A DNA stretch of 64,000 nt from Parcubacteria group bacterium Gr01-1014_8 (GCA_007376385.1 VMGC01000003.1:64001-128000), one strand, 5' to 3'. Shown: positions 1-10,547, counted from the stretch's first letter. Numbers and translations are program-made. Notes: generated by a model not told the origin, from the sequence alone.

Positions 1-1154
1 CGACCGAGATCTTGGCAACGCAGCATTTCCAATCGTTCATCGAATATTTCCGACATCTGCCGATTAATATTGCCCTCATCACTGGTAGTGGATGTAAAAA
101 ATTCCCGTCAAGATCCCACCCCGAAAAAGCAACAGATATCTCACGCTCGCAATTGTTGAAATGGGTAGCGAGCGGCGAAATAGCGATGCTCGTCGGGACT
201 CATACGCTCATCCAAAAGGCGGTTCAATTCAAACACCTCGCATATGCCATCGTAGACGAACAGCATCGGTTTGGCACAAAGCAAAGGCGTGAGCTCGCAC
301 GAAAGGGCGACAAAACGCCACATTTCCTCAGTATGACCGCAACCCCCATACCGCGCACGCTGGCCCTCACGATGTACGGCGACCTGGATCTATCCATTCT
401 GGATGAGCTACCGCCTGGACGCGCAAAAATAACTACCCGTATCATCAAACCGAACGAACGCAGCCTTGCATACGAGGCGGTAAGAACAGAACTTGCAAAG
501 GGAAGGCAGGCGTTCATCATTTGTCCTCGCATCGAAGAGCCTGACCCGACAAAACTGAACGCACTGCAGGCAAAGTCCGCAAAAGCAGAGGCAAAACGAT
601 TGAAAGCAGAGATATTCCCCGAGTACCGCATAGGCCTGCTTCATGGCAGCGTGAAAACAAAAGAAAAAGACGAGGTCATGCGAAAATTCGCCGCACACGA
701 AATAGATATCTTGGTTGCAACATCCGTCGTAGAAGTCGGCATTAACGTCCCGAACGCAACCGTCATGCTCATTGAAGGAGCTGAGCGGTTCGGACTTGCT
801 CAGTTGCACCAATTACGCGGACGCATCATGCGTTCCTCGCATCCGCCGCTGTGTTTTCTCTTGCCTGAGAAAAAGGGCGAAATGGCAATGAAGAGGTTAA
901 AGGCGTTAGAAAAAAGCGATAACGGATTTGAGCTCGCAGAATCAGATCTCGAGACGCGGGGCGCAGGCGATCTCATAGGACGAAAACAATGGGGCATGAC
1001 AGACCTCGGTATGGAAGCGCTGAAGAACATCAAACTCATCCGCGCTGCGCGCATCGAGGCTGCTGCGCTCATCAAAGAGGACCCCGGCCTTTCAAAGCAT
1101 TCTGCACTCAAAAACCGTGTAGCGTCCACGTCTGCGACATCACATCAAGAATAA
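1..1154 (+). CDS. recG: ATP-dependent DNA helicase RecG, C-terminal part (5' end lies outside the window)
   Basis: ORF 12..1154 continues from the window edge. Helicase C-terminal motifs are present (MTATPIPRTLALTMYGDLDLS, QLHQLRGR, HGxxK). Confidence 0.8.
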   Translation, partial: TEILATQHFQSFIEYFRHLPINIALITGSGCKKFPSRSHPEKATDISRSQLLKWVASGEIAMLVGTHTLIQKAVQFKHLAYAIVDEQHRFGTKQRRELARKGDKTPHFLSMTATPIPRTLALTMYGDLDLSILDELPPGRAKITTRIIKPNERSLAYEAVRTELAKGRQAFIICPRIEEPDPTKLNALQAKSAKAEAKRLKAEIFPEYRIGLLHGSVKTKEKDEVMRKFAAHEIDILVATSVVEVGINVPNATVMLIEGAERFGLAQLHQLRGRIMRSSHPPLCFLLPEKKGEMAMKRLKALEKSDNGFELAESDLETRGAGDLIGRKQWGMTDLGMEALKNIKLIRAARIEAAALIKEDPGLSKHSALKNRVASTSATSHQE

Positions 1155-1239
1155 AGGGAGGTCCCCTTTGTTGTCTCCTCGGCTCGGAAATACGAGAAGT
1201 TCTGCTCTCACATTCCTCTCGCAACGCTCGCCAATGGTC

Positions 1240-2541
1240 TTAGTAGACAATGCTCACGCCGACTGTGTCTGTTGACGAAAGATTAGAACCGCGCTTAAGA
1301 GTTATCGTATAGTTGCCAGCATCGGTATACGTATGCGAGAGCTGCTTGGTGACGGAACCGCTGCTACAGCTGCCTTGAGATTGACTCGCGTGCGTTGAAC
1401 CATCTCCCCAGTCCAGATCATACCTGGTACAACTGCTCGAGAGTTCAAAATCCGCCCGAACGCTGAACTCATCGCCACTACCTGACGGACTTACTGAGAA
1501 ATATCCTCCTCCCTGGCCAGTGCCTCCCCCAACAGCAATCGAGACATTCCGCAGCTCCGACGAACCAAGTTTCAACCGAGCAAGATAATTACTCGAGGAA
1601 TTATAGACATGATTTATTGAGAACGAGTTTGAACTGCAGTTATTTATGTTGATGTTCGTCGATTGTCCGTCGCCAAAATCGACGGAATACACACCGGGAT
1701 TGCAGGCACCCGCAGAATTGACGAGCCCAGAGAACATTACCGAAAGAGGTGCGTCCCCTGACGTTGGCGAAGCAGACAGTGAATCGCCAGACGGATTCGG
1801 GTTCGAGGAACCTGTTACGGCCACCGTGGCATTTATCTGCTGCGTCCCGGAGCGAAGCGTAACTACGAACGTCCCGCCGCTGCTGTATGTATGATTTATC
1901 AGCTGCCGGATCTCTGCGCACGCGTTCGCAGGCACGTTGATAGGCACGCGAGGAGCGCTATCGCCAAAGTCGAGCTCGTACGACACCGCGGCACATGATT
2001 TCGTCGTGTTGACAGTCACATCAACCGAAACAGGAAGCGGCGCTGGTCCTGATATCGGAGAAACGCGCATAAAGCCGCCTGCATTTGCGGTCGCATCAGG
2101 GCACTGCAGTGCAAGGAGCGCAGCGGTACGTGGTCCAGTAACACCGAATCCCGTCTCCCCCGGGGAGCCATCGCACACGATCTTATTTTTGCATTGGAAT
2201 CGTTTGATGGCCGCCTCTGTGAGAGGACCATAGTAGCCGCTCACCTGCGCTTCTGGGTATACGGAAGGATCAAGCGCAAGGAATCTCTGTAGGCGCGCCA
2301 CATCATCGCCGGAGCTGCCAAGTTTGAGCGAACGCGAAATATAAGGACACTGAACATTACCCGATTGGATCGGGGCGCCGCCCGTTGGCTGTGCCTGCGG
2401 ATTGACGCCAAGCTGAGTTTGGAGTGCTTCTATCTGTCTAAGAAGCGCTTCGATCTGGACGCGAAGTTCATCTGCCGTGAGCGCATACGAAACTAGAGGC
2501 AAAGACACGAGGAACAGGAACGCGAGCGCCATCTTCTTCAT
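1240..2541 (-). CDS. secreted protein with a peptidoglycan-binding domain and PKD-like repeats
   Basis: N-terminal signal peptide (MKKMALAFLFLVSLPLVSYA). PG_binding_1-like segment (VARLQRFLALDP...GYYGPLTEAAIKRFQ). Repeated DFGDG/GDGS beta-sandwich motifs. Confidence 0.6.
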   Translation of the reverse strand: MKKMALAFLFLVSLPLVSYALTADELRVQIEALLRQIEALQTQLGVNPQAQPTGGAPIQSGNVQCPYISRSLKLGSSGDDVARLQRFLALDPSVYPEAQVSGYYGPLTEAAIKRFQCKNKIVCDGSPGETGFGVTGPRTAALLALQCPDATANAGGFMRVSPISGPAPLPVSVDVTVNTTKSCAAVSYELDFGDSAPRVPINVPANACAEIRQLINHTYSSGGTFVVTLRSGTQQINATVAVTGSSNPNPSGDSLSASPTSGDAPLSVMFSGLVNSAGACNPGVYSVDFGDGQSTNININNCSSNSFSINHVYNSSSNYLARLKLGSSELRNVSIAVGGGTGQGGGYFSVSPSGSGDEFSVRADFELSSSCTRYDLDWGDGSTHASQSQGSCSSGSVTKQLSHTYTDAGNYTITLKRGSNLSSTDTVGVSIVY

Positions 2542-2597
2542 CCCCCTCATTGTCGCATGCCACAACCGACGCGCAATAAGAAATACACACTATAACC

Positions 2598-2936
2598 TTA
2601 AAGCTTAAAATACTTTTTAACCGCCGCAACATCCCCCGCTATCGCGGCTTTCAGGCTTTCTTCTGTATCAAATTGCGTTGTCTCCCGAATTTTTTCGCGT
2701 AGTTCGACGGAAATCTCTTTACCGTATAGATCACCGCTGAAATCAGGCAAATATGCTTCGAGCACTTTCCTTTCCTTATTCGCAAAGACGGCCGCAACAT
2801 ACGTCCTTCCATCTACGCGTACCTGAGCAGCGTAAACGCCGGAGAAATCGCCCTCAAGCGGAATATTGGCCGTAGGGAATCCAAGGGTGGCACCATACCC
2901 CTTTCCTTTTTGTACGATGCCGGAGAATTTTTTCAT
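2598..2936 (-). CDS. ribF: riboflavin kinase (flavokinase domain only)
   Basis: MKKFSGIVQKGKGYGATLGFPTANI...E..L.F is a typical flavokinase domain. About 112 aa, so no FAD-synthetase half. Confidence 0.7.
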   Translation of the reverse strand: MKKFSGIVQKGKGYGATLGFPTANIPLEGDFSGVYAAQVRVDGRTYVAAVFANKERKVLEAYLPDFSGDLYGKEISVELREKIRETTQFDTEESLKAAIAGDVAAVKKYFKL

Positions 2937-3182
2937 AACAATCCGCCCACAAGGACACTTTGGAAACACCACAAGAGTACTTCAGAAAATATACTCGTGC
3001 CACTCGTTATTTTCTTGGTCACACCTCAAGGGTACTTCCATTTTTCTAAGCCGGAGTACCGGCAAGAAAAATTGGTCGCCCACGGTTTTCCAACGGGCTT
3101 CGCCCTGCCTTCCTCCACGGGAAACAAAGTGTTTCCCCGACCCCCTTCCTGTCCAAGCGGGCGTCCATTCATTTCATTCATG

Positions 3183-3256
3183 TCCGCCCGCTTGGACTCG
3201 AACCAAGGACCCTCGAGGTATAAGCTCGATGCTCTAACCAACTGAGCTACGGGCGG
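3183..3256 (-). tRNA. tRNA, anticodon UAU (Ile-like, reads AUA)
   Basis: Hand-folded cloverleaf on the minus strand. Acceptor CCGCCCG/CGGGCGG, D-arm GCTCAGTTGGTTAGAGC, anticodon stem TCGAG/CTCGA with loop CTTATAC, T-arm CTTGG-TTCGAGT-CCAAG, discriminator A. CCA is not encoded. Confidence 0.7.
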
Positions 3257-3374
3257 AAGTGAGGAGCAATGTGCCAGCTCTTGAGCTCGCATATTGTCCG
3301 AACGCCCCGTCCGTATGGATTTCGTATACGGGCGGAGTGAACTCACGGATTATAGTCAGCCTGCGCCACTCGCG

Positions 3375-4343
3375 CTAGCGTATCAACTCCGAAAGCGACT
3401 TGCCTTCGTGCAACCGTTCGATCCCCTGCGCAACGAGTTCCGCAAGAGGAAGCACCGTAATTTTCACGCGTTTTGATTTTAGAAGTTCCGGGTCATGAGG
3501 AATCGAATCGGTAACGATAACTTCATCGACGGCAGAATCGTCAAAAGCTTCAATGACCTTCCTTGGATTCGACGCGAACACGGCATGCGTTGCGTAGCAG
3601 AAGATCTTTTTTGCGCCCGCTTCTTTTGCCGCCTCTGCATCGGCAATCATCGTGCCGCCCGAATCGATTATGTCATCTACAAATAGCACGTCTTTCCCCT
3701 CAACAGAGCCGATTATTTTTATAGACTCACGCTTTACCTGTCCGGGAGCAGAACGGCTTTTAGAAAAGACCACGAAATCTTCATGCCCGAGCCTTCTGGC
3801 GTACGCTTCTGCGCGCACCGCGTTTTTATCAGGAGACGCCACGATTGAAGACTCCGAGAGAATATTTTTCAAATATGGAACCGTCACTGACGACGAATAG
3901 AGATGATCAACCATCAGAGGATGAAAAAAACCAGCGGTCGGTTCCGAATGAACGTCAAAAAGAAGTGCTCTATCGGCGCCTGAATGCGCGAGGAAATCGA
4001 TGATGACCCTTGCGCTCGTCGCGACACGCGGCCTGTCTTTGCGGTCTTGCCGATTATAGCCAAGGTAGGTGGGAACAAGCGTGATCCTTCCGGCTGACGA
4101 ATCGTGCGCGGCTTCCGCAAGAAGCACCATCTCAAGGATGTTTTCTGCAGGCGGGTTAGTCGGGTTAATGATGAATACATCCGTGTCTCGCACGTTCTCC
4201 AGTATCTGCACGCGCACCTCGCCGTCATTGAACCTCGCGACCTGTGCTTCGCCGAGCTTAATACCAAGGCGCTTACACACTGCCTCTCCCATCGCTTGCC
4301 CGGCAACTCCGGTAAATATTTTGATGGGCCTGTCGTGGTTCAT
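3375..4343 (-). CDS. prs: ribose-phosphate pyrophosphokinase
   Basis: PRPP synthetase motifs (NGYNRQDRK, DxHS, DDIIDSGGT). Confidence 0.9.
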   Translation of the reverse strand: MNHDRPIKIFTGVAGQAMGEAVCKRLGIKLGEAQVARFNDGEVRVQILENVRDTDVFIINPTNPPAENILEMVLLAEAAHDSSAGRITLVPTYLGYNRQDRKDRPRVATSARVIIDFLAHSGADRALLFDVHSEPTAGFFHPLMVDHLYSSSVTVPYLKNILSESSIVASPDKNAVRAEAYARRLGHEDFVVFSKSRSAPGQVKRESIKIIGSVEGKDVLFVDDIIDSGGTMIADAEAAKEAGAKKIFCYATHAVFASNPRKVIEAFDDSAVDEVIVTDSIPHDPELLKSKRVKITVLPLAELVAQGIERLHEGKSLSELIR

Positions 4344-4350
4344 GTACCCC

Positions 4351-5499
4351 TTAGCGTACCGCCTTTGCCACCTGCTTTGCAACCCGTTTATCGAACATAT
4401 CGGGGAGAATTTTTTGCGTTCCTGGTTTTTTTATGAGACCTGCAATGGCCTTCGCCGCTTTTATTTTCATCTCGTCGGTGATCCGTCTCACACGGTTGTC
4501 GAGAGCCCCGCGAAAGACTCCTGGAAACGCGAGTGAATTATTGACCTGGTTCGGGAAATCAGAGCGACCTGTTGCGATCACCTTTGCTCCTCCCTTTTTC
4601 GCTTCATCAGGCATTATCTCAGGCAACGGGTTTGCCATCGCAAAGATGATCGGGTCTCGCGCCATTTTCTTTATCATTGCTGCGTTGATAACGCCCGGTC
4701 TCGAAAGTCCCAGAAACACATCCGAATTTATGAGAGCTTTAGAAAGATCTCCTCCGCTCTCCGCAAAAATAGTCTTGTTTCTTATGAGCTCTTTCTTCGT
4801 GGAATTGAGGTCATCTCGCCCGCTCCAAACGATACCCGTACTGTCGACAGCGAGTATCTTCACTTTTGGCGCATATCGCTTCAACAGCCGCATCGTCGCA
4901 ACTCCTGCCGCACCAACGCCGCTTACCGTCAACGTGCATTTGTTCATATCTTTTTTCACGACTTTCATCGAATTGATGAGCCCTGCTAGTACGACTATTG
5001 CCGTTCCATGCTGGTCGTCATGCATGACCGGTATGTCAAGCGCGTCGATGACCCTCTGTTCGATCTCAAAACATTTCGGCGCCGCAATGTCTTCCAAGTT
5101 GATACCGCCGAATGCCGGAGCGATGCGGATCACCGTATCCACGATGGCATCCGCGTCTTGGGTATCGAGAACTATAGGTACAGCGTCGACATCTGCGAAC
5201 GTCTTAAAAAGCGCGCATTTCCCCTCCATCACAGGGAGCGCGCCCAGCGCGCCAATATTTCCCAGCCCTAGTACCGCCGATCCGTCTGATATAACGGCGA
5301 CCATGCGGCCTTTCATTGTATAGATGCGGGCATCCTGCTTATGCTTTGCTACGTGGCTGGATACCGCAGCAACACCCGGCGTATACACAAGGGATAGGTC
5401 GGCTCGATTCCTCACGGGAGCGGCCGGCAGTATTCGTATCTTTCCGCCAAGTTTCTTGTGAAGTGCGAGAGCCTTTTTGGCGTTGTCATTTTTTTTCAT
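4351..5499 (-). CDS. NAD(P)-dependent malic enzyme (small MaeB-type)
   Basis: LSLVYTPGVA, GLGNIGALGALPVMEGK, INLEDI and GTAIVVLAGL signatures of the malic-enzyme family. Confidence 0.8.
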   Translation of the reverse strand: MKKNDNAKKALALHKKLGGKIRILPAAPVRNRADLSLVYTPGVAAVSSHVAKHKQDARIYTMKGRMVAVISDGSAVLGLGNIGALGALPVMEGKCALFKTFADVDAVPIVLDTQDADAIVDTVIRIAPAFGGINLEDIAAPKCFEIEQRVIDALDIPVMHDDQHGTAIVVLAGLINSMKVVKKDMNKCTLTVSGVGAAGVATMRLLKRYAPKVKILAVDSTGIVWSGRDDLNSTKKELIRNKTIFAESGGDLSKALINSDVFLGLSRPGVINAAMIKKMARDPIIFAMANPLPEIMPDEAKKGGAKVIATGRSDFPNQVNNSLAFPGVFRGALDNRVRRITDEMKIKAAKAIAGLIKKPGTQKILPDMFDKRVAKQVAKAVR

Positions 5500-5506
5500 A
5501 CCGAGA

Positions 5507-6901
5507 CTATATACGTTTTCCGCGAAAAAATACAGCCTCCACGCTTCCTGGCATTTCTCTGCCTTCAAGCGCTGACCATTTCACTTTTGTTTTGAGGTCC
5601 TCGCGCCGCACCTTTGTTTTTCTCTTTAGGTTCAACACAGTAAGGGAGCCGACAAAACCTTTTTTAACTTCACCGAACCCCTTCCCAAAATTTTGCTTTG
5701 GAAATTGTCTTTTTAGGAAAGGACTGACAAATTTCCCCGGATAGTATGCGGCTACCCGTGCGATATCTTGTGAAGTGAATCCACATTCGTTCATAAGCCA
5801 CGCGCAAACCAGTCCATACGTATCAAGCCACGGCGCTCCGCTGTGATTATTCTCGCAGCACGTGGCGAAAAACAATTCTTTGTCTTTCTTTTTTATGTTT
5901 TCTGCTATTTCTTTGTTGTTTTTTCCCGGATACTCATTTGTGAATTTAGTGAATGCAGAAAATTTCTCCTCTTCGGTGTGGGGCGCATGGTCTGTGGCAA
6001 GAAATTGGATAAACCCATCTTTCAGCCCTTTGATCAAGGCCTTCCGGTGCCCCGGCGCCTGTATAGCAGGGTTCATCTGAATTTTCGTCCATAACGACGG
6101 ATCAGCGTCGGTCATTGATGTATCGAACAGAAGGTGCAGCGGAGAAACTTCAAGCACAATGTCTGCTCCGCGCTTTCTTGCGGCTGTTATCATTTTGAAA
6201 CTTATCCCCCCGATGGACCAATGACACAGTTTCGCTCGAATGTTGTATTTTTCGATGAGCGGAAGCAGTATTTTTAACCCTTCGTTCACGCACTCAAGCG
6301 GACGCCGTTCAGTATGTGTCTTCCCTGCTACATGCGCCTGAACTATCGGTTCATACTCGACATGGAACGACACATAATGGTGTTTATACTTGGCAAGAAT
6401 TGCATCAAGCTCATCTCCATACGTTACCGTGAGGTCGCCTACTGATTTTCCAAAATATAATTTGTAGAAATTCTCCCCGGGCTTGCCGAGCGGCTTCGTT
6501 TTCGGATCGATGCCAAGATAATTCAGGATAGAAACGGGGTGCGCGAGCTGCTTAACCCTGGCTCTGTGCCATGTCCATTGTTCTTTGCCTACAACGGGAT
6601 TTGGGGTATTAGGCATCGCACTCACATGCACGACTCCTCCACTCAGCGCAGCATCCGCCGCTGTTTTGTAGTCTTCTTTATAGACCTGCTTTCCCGTGTC
6701 GTCCTCGCGGGCGTGTATGTGCACGTCTCCGAAACCAGCAAATAGTAAACAATCATCGTTGAAAATATAGGTCGCCTTTAAACCCTTTCCTCGCTTAGAG
6801 ACATTTAGTATGAGACCCGTCTTGCTATCAATTTCTACAACTCCCCGGTAAGGCTTTTTATCATGCCCTGCGATCATCCCCTCGATGGTGACCGTCTTCA
6901 T
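5507..6901 (-). CDS. cyclic amidohydrolase, dihydroorotase-like
   Basis: Metal-binding DVHIH and ATDHAPH motifs, as in PyrC/allantoinase-type amidohydrolases. Start taken at MKTVTIEG. Confidence 0.6.
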   Translation of the reverse strand: MKTVTIEGMIAGHDKKPYRGVVEIDSKTGLILNVSKRGKGLKATYIFNDDCLLFAGFGDVHIHAREDDTGKQVYKEDYKTAADAALSGGVVHVSAMPNTPNPVVGKEQWTWHRARVKQLAHPVSILNYLGIDPKTKPLGKPGENFYKLYFGKSVGDLTVTYGDELDAILAKYKHHYVSFHVEYEPIVQAHVAGKTHTERRPLECVNEGLKILLPLIEKYNIRAKLCHWSIGGISFKMITAARKRGADIVLEVSPLHLLFDTSMTDADPSLWTKIQMNPAIQAPGHRKALIKGLKDGFIQFLATDHAPHTEEEKFSAFTKFTNEYPGKNNKEIAENIKKKDKELFFATCCENNHSGAPWLDTYGLVCAWLMNECGFTSQDIARVAAYYPGKFVSPFLKRQFPKQNFGKGFGEVKKGFVGSLTVLNLKRKTKVRREDLKTKVKWSALEGREMPGSVEAVFFRGKRI

Positions 6902-6950
6902 TAGTCGCCATTTAAGCACAGCGCCGCAGCAAGTGCCACACGTGAAATTA

Positions 6951-7226
6951 TTACCCCCACCACGCTTCCCCTTTTTTAGGCTTGAACCCAACTTCAAGGG
7001 CGCGGTTATTTGCGATAGCACGCAACTCTTCTTTCGCCTGAAAATTAGTCATCAAATCTGATCTTAAAATGTCTCTCTTCAGAGCATCAAGCGCATGCAG
7101 CGTATGCGCCAGTTTCAATTTACCCGTGAAATCCTTTATATGACTCTGCACAGACTTTGAGTAGTTGTTATGGACAGCGCTGGCGAGAAACTCATCGGAA
7201 GGTTCGGGCATCGAACGATCAACCAT
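6951..7226 (-). CDS. hypothetical small protein
   Basis: ORF only, no recognisable motif. It fills the gap between ftsH and the amidohydrolase on the same strand. Confidence 0.3.
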   Translation of the reverse strand: MVDRSMPEPSDEFLASAVHNNYSKSVQSHIKDFTGKLKLAHTLHALDALKRDILRSDLMTNFQAKEELRAIANNRALEVGFKPKKGEAWWG

Positions 7227-7376
7227 GCTCAGAGTATACCCCGTGAGATAGAGATATAGCGATTGCAATGAGCAGACGAGCTATTTCTGAAATAATTACT
7301 GGTGAAATATGACGAGCCGTTATCTCATGGGGTATACGCCCTATCGGAACCGGCTCACGCAGGGAAGTGGACAGTT

Positions 7377-9317
7377 TTAAACAAGCGGCTGATGCTCGAT
7401 GTCTTCCTTCTTTTTTGGAACAATTCCGTGCGCGATGAGGATCTTTTCGAATTCTTCTCGTTCGATGGTCTCGACTTCAATGAGTTGCTTTGCGATAGCG
7501 TCCAAAACCTTGCGATATTTCTTCATGACGTCTTCTGCCCGCTTGTATGCGCCCTCGACTATCTTTTTCACTTCCGAATCTATCGCGGCTGATACTTCCT
7601 CCGATAACTCTCCGGGTTCGATACCAGCACCAAAAAGTGTCCGGCCAGGCGCAGCTTCGAGCGCGACGGGCCCCATCTTGTCCGACATACCATACTTGGT
7701 GACCATGTCGCGCGCCAGCGCTGAGAGAACCTGCAGGTCATTTGATGCTCCTGTCGTGATGTCGTTGAAGATCATCTTTTCTGCGATGTACCCGCCAAGA
7801 GAAACAGCGATATCATCCAAAAATTCCAGTTTCGATTGCATGCGTCGGTCTTCAAGCGGAAGTTTGAGCGTGTATCCTGCAGCGCGCCCGCGCGAAATGA
7901 TAGAAACTTTGTGTACGGGGTCCGCATACGTCAAGACCGACGCAATGAGCGCATGTCCCGCCTCGTGATACGCCGTTATCTCCTTCTCTTTCTTGTTAAG
8001 CACGTGGCTCCGCCTCTCTGGTCCAAGCATCACCTTCTCTATCGAACGAATGAGGTCGTATTGTGTCACTTCCTTTCTGTCCTCGCGCGCAGCAAGGATT
8101 GCAGCCTCATTCATAAGATTCGCCAAGTCCGCGCCTGAAAACCCCGGGGTTCTCTCTGCAATGACCATAAGATTCGTATCCGGCCCCATCGGTTTCTGCC
8201 TCGCGTGTATCTTGAGGATCGCTTCGCGATCCGACCTGTCCGGCAGATCGATAGTTACCCGCCTGTCGAATCGCCCGGGACGAAGCAGAGCGGGATCAAG
8301 CACGTCCGGACGGTTCGATGCCGCCATGACGATAACTTTTTCATTCGGTTCAAATCCATCCATCTCGACGAGTATTTGGTTCAACGTCTGTTCGCGCTCA
8401 TCATTTCCCCCTCCCACTCCAGAACCACGAACTCGCCCGACAGCGTCTATCTCATCCATGAACACAATGGCCGGTGCGGCTTTTTTCGCGGTTTGAAATA
8501 AGTCACGTACGCGCGAAGCGCCGACACCCACGAACATCTCCACAAATTCAGAACCGGATATTGAAAAGAAAGGAACACCTGCTTCACCCGCAACCGCTCG
8601 TGCTAAGAGCGTCTTTCCTGTTCCAGGCGCGCCCATCAAGAGAACACCCTTGGGGATACGCGCGCCTATCTGAATGAACTTTTTTGGATTCTTCAAAAAG
8701 TCGACTATCTCTGCAAGTTCCGCTTTTGCTTCTTTTGCACCGGCAACATCTGCGAACGTAACTTTTTGAACCGTATCTTCCGGAGAAATAAGACGAGCCA
8801 TCGAGCGACCAAAAGTGAATGCTTGCATGCCGGCACCCCTCACCTGCCTTGAAAGGAACCACATGATGCCAAGAAGAAGCAAAACCGGGATTAAAAGCGG
8901 CGCGAGCGTGAGAAACCAAAAGCGCGCGCCGCCCTGGTCCTGTATCTCTATCTTTATTGCCGCAATCTCCTCCGGTGAAAGTCCGTAACGCGCTAAGGTC
9001 TCGGTAAGCGGCGCCTCTCCTTCCTTCTGCGAAGTTTTTTCACTTTCATCTTTGTATGTTGCCTTGATAGTGTCACCTTCAACGGTGAGAGACACTACTT
9101 TGTCATCGCGAATGTCATTGGCAAGCTGCGATATTGCTATCTCATCCGCCCCGCTCTCAATATATTTGCGAACTGCCGAATAGCCCGCTGAAAGTACGAG
9201 AAAAACTGCGAACGCAACTGCTAGCTGCATCCAAATACCCGGTCCTTCCGACGGAGGAACGGCGGGTTTTTTCCCTTTTTTTCCGTGCAGATCGCCCGGA
9301 GTCATTTCTTCGGACAT
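7377..9317 (-). CDS. ftsH: ATP-dependent zinc metalloprotease FtsH
   Basis: N-terminal transmembrane segment. AAA Walker A (GAPGTGKT) and SRH region. HEAGHA zinc motif. Confidence 0.95.
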   Translation of the reverse strand: MSEEMTPGDLHGKKGKKPAVPPSEGPGIWMQLAVAFAVFLVLSAGYSAVRKYIESGADEIAISQLANDIRDDKVVSLTVEGDTIKATYKDESEKTSQKEGEAPLTETLARYGLSPEEIAAIKIEIQDQGGARFWFLTLAPLLIPVLLLLGIMWFLSRQVRGAGMQAFTFGRSMARLISPEDTVQKVTFADVAGAKEAKAELAEIVDFLKNPKKFIQIGARIPKGVLLMGAPGTGKTLLARAVAGEAGVPFFSISGSEFVEMFVGVGASRVRDLFQTAKKAAPAIVFMDEIDAVGRVRGSGVGGGNDEREQTLNQILVEMDGFEPNEKVIVMAASNRPDVLDPALLRPGRFDRRVTIDLPDRSDREAILKIHARQKPMGPDTNLMVIAERTPGFSGADLANLMNEAAILAAREDRKEVTQYDLIRSIEKVMLGPERRSHVLNKKEKEITAYHEAGHALIASVLTYADPVHKVSIISRGRAAGYTLKLPLEDRRMQSKLEFLDDIAVSLGGYIAEKMIFNDITTGASNDLQVLSALARDMVTKYGMSDKMGPVALEAAPGRTLFGAGIEPGELSEEVSAAIDSEVKKIVEGAYKRAEDVMKKYRKVLDAIAKQLIEVETIEREEFEKILIAHGIVPKKKEDIEHQPLV

Positions 9318-9424
9318 AGACAGCGCATTATACATAAATAGCTTGTCGCAGCTAGTTTGCGGCGACAAGAAAAGATAAAGAAAATGGTAAAGAAATTACC
9401 TGTAGTTCAGGTTATAGTGTCGTC

Positions 9425-9868
9425 ATGTCGCTGATAGATAACAAGCGCGGGCTCTTCGATTACTCGGTTCTTGAAGAACTCGAGGCTGGTATCGAGTTGT
9501 TTGGCTGCGAAGTGAAATCTCTTAGAAACAAACAAGGCTCCTTGAAAGGCGCTCGCGTCGTTGCGCGCGGCGGCGAAGCATATCTTGTTGGCGCTACCAT
9601 ACCTGCATGGCAAATGGCGAACGCCCCCAAGAGCTATGATCCGGAGCGACCGCGCCGATTGCTCTTAAATCAGAAGGAAATCGCCCATATTGCCTCCGCA
9701 GAGGGGGAAAAGGGATTGACAGCAGTGCCGATTTCAGTGTATAATAGAGGGCAACGATTGAAGCTCGGCATTGCTATCGCGCGCGGGAGGAAAAAAGAAG
9801 ATAAACGTCATACAATACGTGCGCGCGAGGAGGAAAGAAGGATCGAGAGAACGAAAAAGCGGAAATAG
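9425..9868 (+). CDS. smpB: SsrA-binding protein SmpB
   Basis: Full-length SmpB similarity with a basic C-terminal tail. Sits next to the tmRNA. Confidence 0.9.
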   Translation: MSLIDNKRGLFDYSVLEELEAGIELFGCEVKSLRNKQGSLKGARVVARGGEAYLVGATIPAWQMANAPKSYDPERPRRLLLNQKEIAHIASAEGEKGLTAVPISVYNRGQRLKLGIAIARGRKKEDKRHTIRAREEERRIERTKKRK

Positions 9869-10159
9869 TTTGCGGATTTGGATGGACACTGAGGGAGACT
9901 GAAGATGGACGACGAACTGCTGTTTATACTCATCGTTATCGTAGGAATCCTACTCTGTGTGGCATCTCCTTGGTGTATAGAGATATACACCTGGGTTAAG
10001 GGGAAGAGCGAATCTCTTTTCCGGGTCTTGCGACTAAAAGAGTAGCCCGTGCGGACGATCGAGGGCCACCCGGTCGTCTGCCTGTCCAAATTCGGAAACA
10101 GTTCTTTGAAAATTAAACAGCCAGTCCCCACCTCTGAACCTGAATCAGGTTCAGAGGTG

Positions 10160-10547
10160 GGGGGTGACTGGTTTCGACAGGAAATTCAATGTGCTTGTGT
10201 GCAAGACGGAAGTGAGAACCTTCCTAAAAAATCTCAAACTCTAAGTGCAAACAAAACTGCACGGGGGGTTCTTTCGCCGATTCAGGCGAAAGACCTCGGC
10301 CTCGTTTTCGCTTAATCGCCCAAACGACCGTTCGTTCAGCGGGTACTCGATACCGTTGACGCGAGCGTCATAACCATCGAGTCCGGTTTCTATTTCACTC
10401 CGAGTAGAGACTTAAAGAAAGAGAGTTAGCCGACGTATGCTTTCGTTCATCTTCTACATACATCGGCGAATCTTCAAGATGAACTACGTCTTGTAGACGC
10501 GCCTGTGCATCATTTCTTGGACTCGAGTTCAATTCTCGACACCTCCA
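10160..10547 (+). ncRNA. ssrA: tmRNA (SsrA), standard one-piece form
   Basis: 5' end GGGGGTGACTGGTTTCGACAGG matches the tmRNA consensus. 3' tRNA-like end reads GGACTCGAGTTCAATTCTCGACACCTCCA (T-arm plus acceptor). A G3:U wobble is present in the acceptor stem. Inferred tag ORF resumes at GCA (10247) and encodes ANKTARGVLSPIQAKDLGLVFA before a stop. Confidence 0.8.

Noticed and set aside
3030-3182. Possible SRP (4.5S) RNA next to the tRNA
   Set aside because: A GGAGGAAGGCAG stretch resembles the GGAAGGAAGCAG SRP motif. But it lies on the wrong side of the apical hairpin, and the helix-8 arrangement could not be reproduced by hand-folding. It is kept only as a generic structured-spacer observation.
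3026-3346. 106-aa ORF overlapping the tRNA
   Set aside because: It overlaps the tRNA gene and the GC-rich spacer on the same strand. No RBS and no motifs.
7399-8501. Several 100-190-aa plus-strand ORFs inside ftsH
   Set aside because: They are antisense to a strongly supported ftsH coding region. They are serine/arginine-rich frames typical of antisense translation.
10126-10162. Palindrome as a LexA box
   Set aside because: It contains GAAC...GTTC but with a 9-nt spacer rather than N4. It does not fit the Cheo consensus found upstream of lexA.
10049-10315. 88-aa ORF overlapping ssrA
   Set aside because: It lies within the tmRNA gene. Only its last 22 codons are meaningful, as the tmRNA tag frame.
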